Source of the DNA: Patescibacteria group bacterium
Lineage (GTDB): Bacteria; Patescibacteriota; Minisyncoccia; Phycocordibacterales; DATDWN01
NCBI GenBank assembly: GCA_040389125.1
Contig: JAZKAN010000004.1
Location: forward strand, 1 to 50,098
Reading direction: 5' to 3'
Length of the DNA stretch: 50,098 nt
Below are positions 47,091 to 50,098 of this stretch, in pieces; the stretch's first letter is position 1, and each line of letters begins with the position of its first letter. Under the pieces are notes generated by a model. The model saw nothing but the letters and a program-made list of their open reading frames with translations. It ran no database searches and was not told the DNA's origin. Position numbers and translations under genes: made by a program.

Positions 47091-47645
47091 TTATGCTTTG
47101 AACGCATCGGCATTCTCGAGATGGATGAGTGCCATGATGATGGCTTGTTTGGTGTAATCCACCCTGTTCACTCTTCCGTTTGTCAGAAGCCCGACTGCTC
47201 CTTCGGAGTTGCCTAGCTTTGGGTTTTCAGTCAAACCCACCGCTTTGAACGCATCGTTGAGGTCCATTCCTTGTGAGTGAATGAGCTCAATGACTTTTGG
47301 CGGACATTCAAAGGCGGATGATAGTCCGATGTGATAATCAGTGCCGTCGTAGATTACGCAGGCACAAATATCCATCATCCCACTTTTGGTGTGCGGAACT
47401 TCAAACAGCCCACTCTCGATACCGAAACCCCACGTGACATCTCCGCTTCCATGCCCAAACGCACCTCGTGCTCGGTTCTTTGCACCTGTAATTATTTCGT
47501 TGAGTGACTTTGGTTGTTCAGAAACACCCGACGGAATATTGGCTGCTGTAAAAACATCCAACCTGTCGAATATGCGGTAGAGAGGGATGAGTTCTCGAAC
47601 TGCATTCTGCTTTATTCCATTTCCAGATCCGACACAGATTTTCAT
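47091..47645 (-). CDS. Inosine/xanthosine triphosphatase-like NTPase (YjjX/DUF84 family)
   Basis: Motifs SGVSEQP, GAKNRA and EGAVGLLTNGRVNRVDYTKQAIIMAL parallel E. coli YjjX (SGVPEQP, GARNRV, GAIGVFT.G.LTR...Y.QAVILAL). Confidence 0.75.
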   Translation of the reverse strand: MKICVGSGNGIKQNAVRELIPLYRIFDRLDVFTAANIPSGVSEQPKSLNEIITGAKNRARGAFGHGSGDVTWGFGIESGLFEVPHTKSGMMDICACVIYDGTDYHIGLSSAFECPPKVIELIHSQGMDLNDAFKAVGLTENPKLGNSEGAVGLLTNGRVNRVDYTKQAIIMALIHLENADAFKA

Positions 47646-47692
47646 GTATTGCCTCCAGTCATCATACTACTTATTTTTGAAAGAAAAACAAC

Positions 47693-48193
47693 TTATATCC
47701 ATTGCAAAAAATCCTCTACATTATCATCAGGTTTAAACGTGAGAGTATTCTCGCTTTCAGCTGGAATCTCTAATTCAGCAATGGCTTGATCCAGATATTC
47801 TTGCTTAACATCATGACGCTCTCCAGTTTCCAGATTCTTCTTTTGTCGTTCTGTTTGTACCTCAATCGGAGTATCGAGTAAAATGATTTTTGTTTGTACT
47901 CCGAGGGGTTCTGCTACTTTTCGTATTTCTTCTCTGTGTTCGAAGCGAGTATTAGTACTGTCGTACACAACAGATTTTCCTTCACTTAAATACTGATAGA
48001 TTTTTTCCTTACACATCTCAAGTAACATTCTCCACTGATCGTCGCTATCCTGATCAAGATTGAGTTCTTTTTCTTTTTCAAGAAATAGAGCATCCTGGCT
48101 CACCAATATTGCCCCAGTCCGCTCTGAAATCTTTTTTGCGAGTGTAGATTTGCCTGAAAATCCAACTCCGCACATGATATATAGGGTAGGCAT
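47693..48193 (-). CDS. P-loop kinase-like ATP-binding protein (AAA_33-like)
   Basis: Walker A CGVGFSGKSTLA. Start at MPTLYIM, 1 nt after the GNAT stop (taacATG). Low G+C. Confidence 0.7.
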   Translation of the reverse strand: MPTLYIMCGVGFSGKSTLAKKISERTGAILVSQDALFLEKEKELNLDQDSDDQWRMLLEMCKEKIYQYLSEGKSVVYDSTNTRFEHREEIRKVAEPLGVQTKIILLDTPIEVQTERQKKNLETGERHDVKQEYLDQAIAELEIPAESENTLTFKPDDNVEDFLQWI

Positions 48194-48194
48194 G

Positions 48195-48740
48195 TTATTT
48201 CTTCCACTCACTAGCGAGTAAACTATATACTTCCATATCCACAAAGTGGTTGTAGAGCCATTCTGACTGACGAGCGATACCTTCAAAAGTAAATCCTAAT
48301 TTTTTCGGTAGAGCAGAACTTTTAGCGTTTCCAATAGCACAGCAAACTTCAATGCGATTCAGTTTCTTTTCTGCAAATAGGTAGTCAATAACAACTTTCA
48401 GGGAATCACTCATAATTCCTTTACCTTGAAACTCTTCTGCAAGCCAGTAGGCGAAAGATGTTTTCTTGTGGTTTAGGTCCAAAGGATAAATGCCGATCCC
48501 GCCAATGAGTTTATTTTCATACCAGATCGACAAATCAATCCCTTCATCTTTTGATAGTCTTTCAATACTTTCTTTTATGTAATTTTCGGTATCAGCTACT
48601 GTCTTATCATCATCCAACCATGGGAGCCATTCGCGAAGATGCGTATCATTCTTTTTTGCCACATCAAAAAGTATTGGTGCATCTTCCAAAACATGTGAAC
48701 GTAATTCAAGATTTTCTCTGACTGGTAGGATGAGTGTCAT
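48195..48740 (-). CDS. GNAT-family N-acetyltransferase (RimJ/RimL-like)
   Basis: Motif region YWLAEEFQGKGIMSD...V..Y.F......RIE..C...N..S.ALPKKLGF..EG. Confidence 0.8.
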   Translation of the reverse strand: MTLILPVRENLELRSHVLEDAPILFDVAKKNDTHLREWLPWLDDDKTVADTENYIKESIERLSKDEGIDLSIWYENKLIGGIGIYPLDLNHKKTSFAYWLAEEFQGKGIMSDSLKVVIDYLFAEKKLNRIEVCCAIGNAKSSALPKKLGFTFEGIARQSEWLYNHFVDMEVYSLLASEWKK

Positions 48741-48786
48741 GGGATAAGAATAGCAAAGTTTCTATTTTTTGTATAAGAATTGATAT

Positions 48787-48816
48787 GAAAAAGCCCCACG
48801 ATGTTTTGTGGGGCTT
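48787..48816 (-). terminator. Terminator hairpin family F3, copy 2
   Basis: aaaaAGCCCCAC-gatgtttt-GTGGGGCTt. On the minus strand the stem is followed by TTTTT. Confidence 0.7.
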
Positions 48817-48843
48817 CAGTCGAATCACTCGACTCTGAAAGAA

Positions 48844-49176
48844 CTACTGCTCGGTCATCGGATCTTCACTTAACCGATCGAGAAACATTTGATGGTGAAA
48901 AGCTTCCAACTCGGTCGGTTCGATAGACTGCTCGTAGCAGTATCCTTTACCTGTGAGTATATGCTCGTCCTTCTGCTTGGTTGCCCATCGGCAGTGCGGA
49001 CATTCGAACCATCCACGAGCGATGAGAGTTTTTTGATACTCCCACGCTTCGTTGTAGACAGTCATCGCCCAAGATTTTTCTTGATCAGGAACGATGATGC
49101 TATTGATGTGTTTGTAGACATGGGCGTTGAAGCCCAGAAAGTACGCGATTTTGAAATACAACTCTGTGAGCTTCAT
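48844..49176 (-). CDS. Hypothetical protein with CPHC motif (cassette gene)
   Basis: GAGGAG, 4 nt, ATG (MKLTELYF). About 110 aa. Confidence 0.5.
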   Translation of the reverse strand: MKLTELYFKIAYFLGFNAHVYKHINSIIVPDQEKSWAMTVYNEAWEYQKTLIARGWFECPHCRWATKQKDEHILTGKGYCYEQSIEPTELEAFHHQMFLDRLSEDPMTEQ

Positions 49177-49276
49177 AAATCTCCTCAAGGAACTTTGATT
49201 TTACTCCCGTCAAAACATTCTTCGAGAAGAAAACTTTGATGGAAGGGTGAGTCGTGTTGACCTCACCCAGAAAAAA

Positions 49277-49885
49277 CTAATCTGTGCTGTCGAGAATGTA
49301 TTGTCGAACATCGGCGAGCGAGCTACCTGTGCCATAGAAATCGGCTTGCCGTTTCGCTTCTTCCTGCTCGAGCTTTTGACTGAAGGGGACAAAGAGTTTT
49401 GGATTCTTCTGAACGAGATTCTCTGCGGCCATACTCCAACTCCTCTTGTCCACCTGTCCTTTGTGGTAGCCCGTCACCTTGGAAATCAGGTCCTCAGCGA
49501 TGACGCGTCCTTCTTCTCTTGAAGCTTGGACATGCATCTTTGTCCGAAGTGCATTCGCACCGCAGAACAAAAATGTTGGGCGCACCCGAAGTTCTCCACT
49601 TGGCTCCCAGAATGAATGCGTAGGTGTATTCGCTCGAGAAAACTCCTGAAGTTTGTAGTCACGGACGAGGCATACTGCCTCGGTGGAGTTAATCTGGTTG
49701 TAATACAAAATGGGACCAGACTTCACAGCAACCGCAACCATTCTTCTCCCTCGCTGAATTTTCAGACGGCGATTGAGAAACTGTACCAAGCGCTTGATTG
49801 CGAAAACAATAATCGCGACACAAACGCCCGATATCACGAGCAGGTCAAACTTCTGAAGAAAATCAAAAAACTGATTCGTAAACAT
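49277..49885 (-). CDS. Hypothetical membrane-anchored protein (cassette gene)
   Basis: P1 promoter, a ~75-nt leader, then GGAG, 8 nt, ATG (MFTNQFF). One N-terminal TM helix. Confidence 0.5.
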   Translation of the reverse strand: MFTNQFFDFLQKFDLLVISGVCVAIIVFAIKRLVQFLNRRLKIQRGRRMVAVAVKSGPILYYNQINSTEAVCLVRDYKLQEFSRANTPTHSFWEPSGELRVRPTFLFCGANALRTKMHVQASREEGRVIAEDLISKVTGYHKGQVDKRSWSMAAENLVQKNPKLFVPFSQKLEQEEAKRQADFYGTGSSLADVRQYILDSTD

Positions 49886-49963
49886 TTTACATCTCCAACT
49901 CATCCTATCATCCTCATTCTCCGAAAACCGAGGTTCTCGTGACGGGTGATGGATTTCTGCATA

Positions 49964-50048
49964 GAATTATACACCCATTTAGGTATAATGTCAAGTATTT
50001 TGAACAACAAAAAATGGCTCTGTTAAGCCATAGTTTTGTGAGAGCTCC
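49964..50048 (-). repeat. 85-nt direct repeat, copy B: tRNA 3' end, terminator hairpin T1 and promoter P1
   Basis: Minus strand: TTGACA(49994-49989), 17 nt, TATAAT(49971-49966). Hairpin ATGGCT/AGCCAT at 50014-50031. GGAGCTC at 50048-50042 overlaps the tRNA acceptor end. Confidence 0.8.
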
Positions 50049-50098
50049 GCGGGTAGGGATCGAACCTACGACCAGTCGCTTACACGAGTCCTCTCATT
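50045..50098 (-). tRNA. tRNA gene, 3' part only (runs off the window); isoacceptor not determinable
   Basis: The reverse complement reads ...GTAGG-TTCGATC-CCTAC-CCGCGGA-G. That is a canonical T-arm with a TTCGATC loop, a 7-nt acceptor strand and a discriminator. The ~22 nt before the T-arm suggest a long variable arm. CCA is not encoded. Confidence 0.7.

Overview
The window is a low-G+C bacterial chromosome segment. Standard code 11 gives long clean ORFs. I see no rRNA, CRISPR array, transposase or integrase.

The gene style suggests a reduced Patescibacteria/CPR-like organism, but that is only inference. It rests on reduced-genome housekeeping genes, very large secreted repeat proteins, near-consensus sigma70 promoters and several apparently leaderless genes.

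Recognisable core genes:
- UvrD-type helicase fused to a PD-(D/E)xK nuclease
- DsbA-like oxidoreductase
- uppP, hisS, truB, typA/bipA and eno
- DEDD exonuclease
- OmpR-type response regulator and a MASE1 hybrid histidine kinase
- M15 (VanY-like) peptidase
- processive GT2 synthase with a polysaccharide deacetylase and LamG-like proteins
- YjjX-like NTPase, a GNAT and a P-loop kinase

Four things stand out:
1. Same-strand small genes that are richer in G+C lie at 42.4-50.1 kb, with a 3-gene satellite at 34.3-35.7 kb. Each gene has its own strong promoter, RBS and terminator. These parts come from a few recurring repeat families. The main array ends at a tRNA gene, and 85-bp direct repeats bracket a 4.6-kb part of it.
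2. An 11-kb locus of secreted proteins (13.8-25.2 kb) holds tail-fibre-like, beta-propeller and FN3/PG-binding types. It carries a duplication scar and mosaic 100%-identity tracts between two paralogous fibre-like genes.
3. A structured, locally GC-rich non-coding transcription unit of about 550 nt lies at 7.0-7.55 kb. It has its own promoter and terminator, and I cannot assign it to a family by eye.
4. A possible four-step phosphorelay uses a roughly 70-aa stand-alone DHp-only protein.

All functional calls come from motif recognition by eye. No searches were run.
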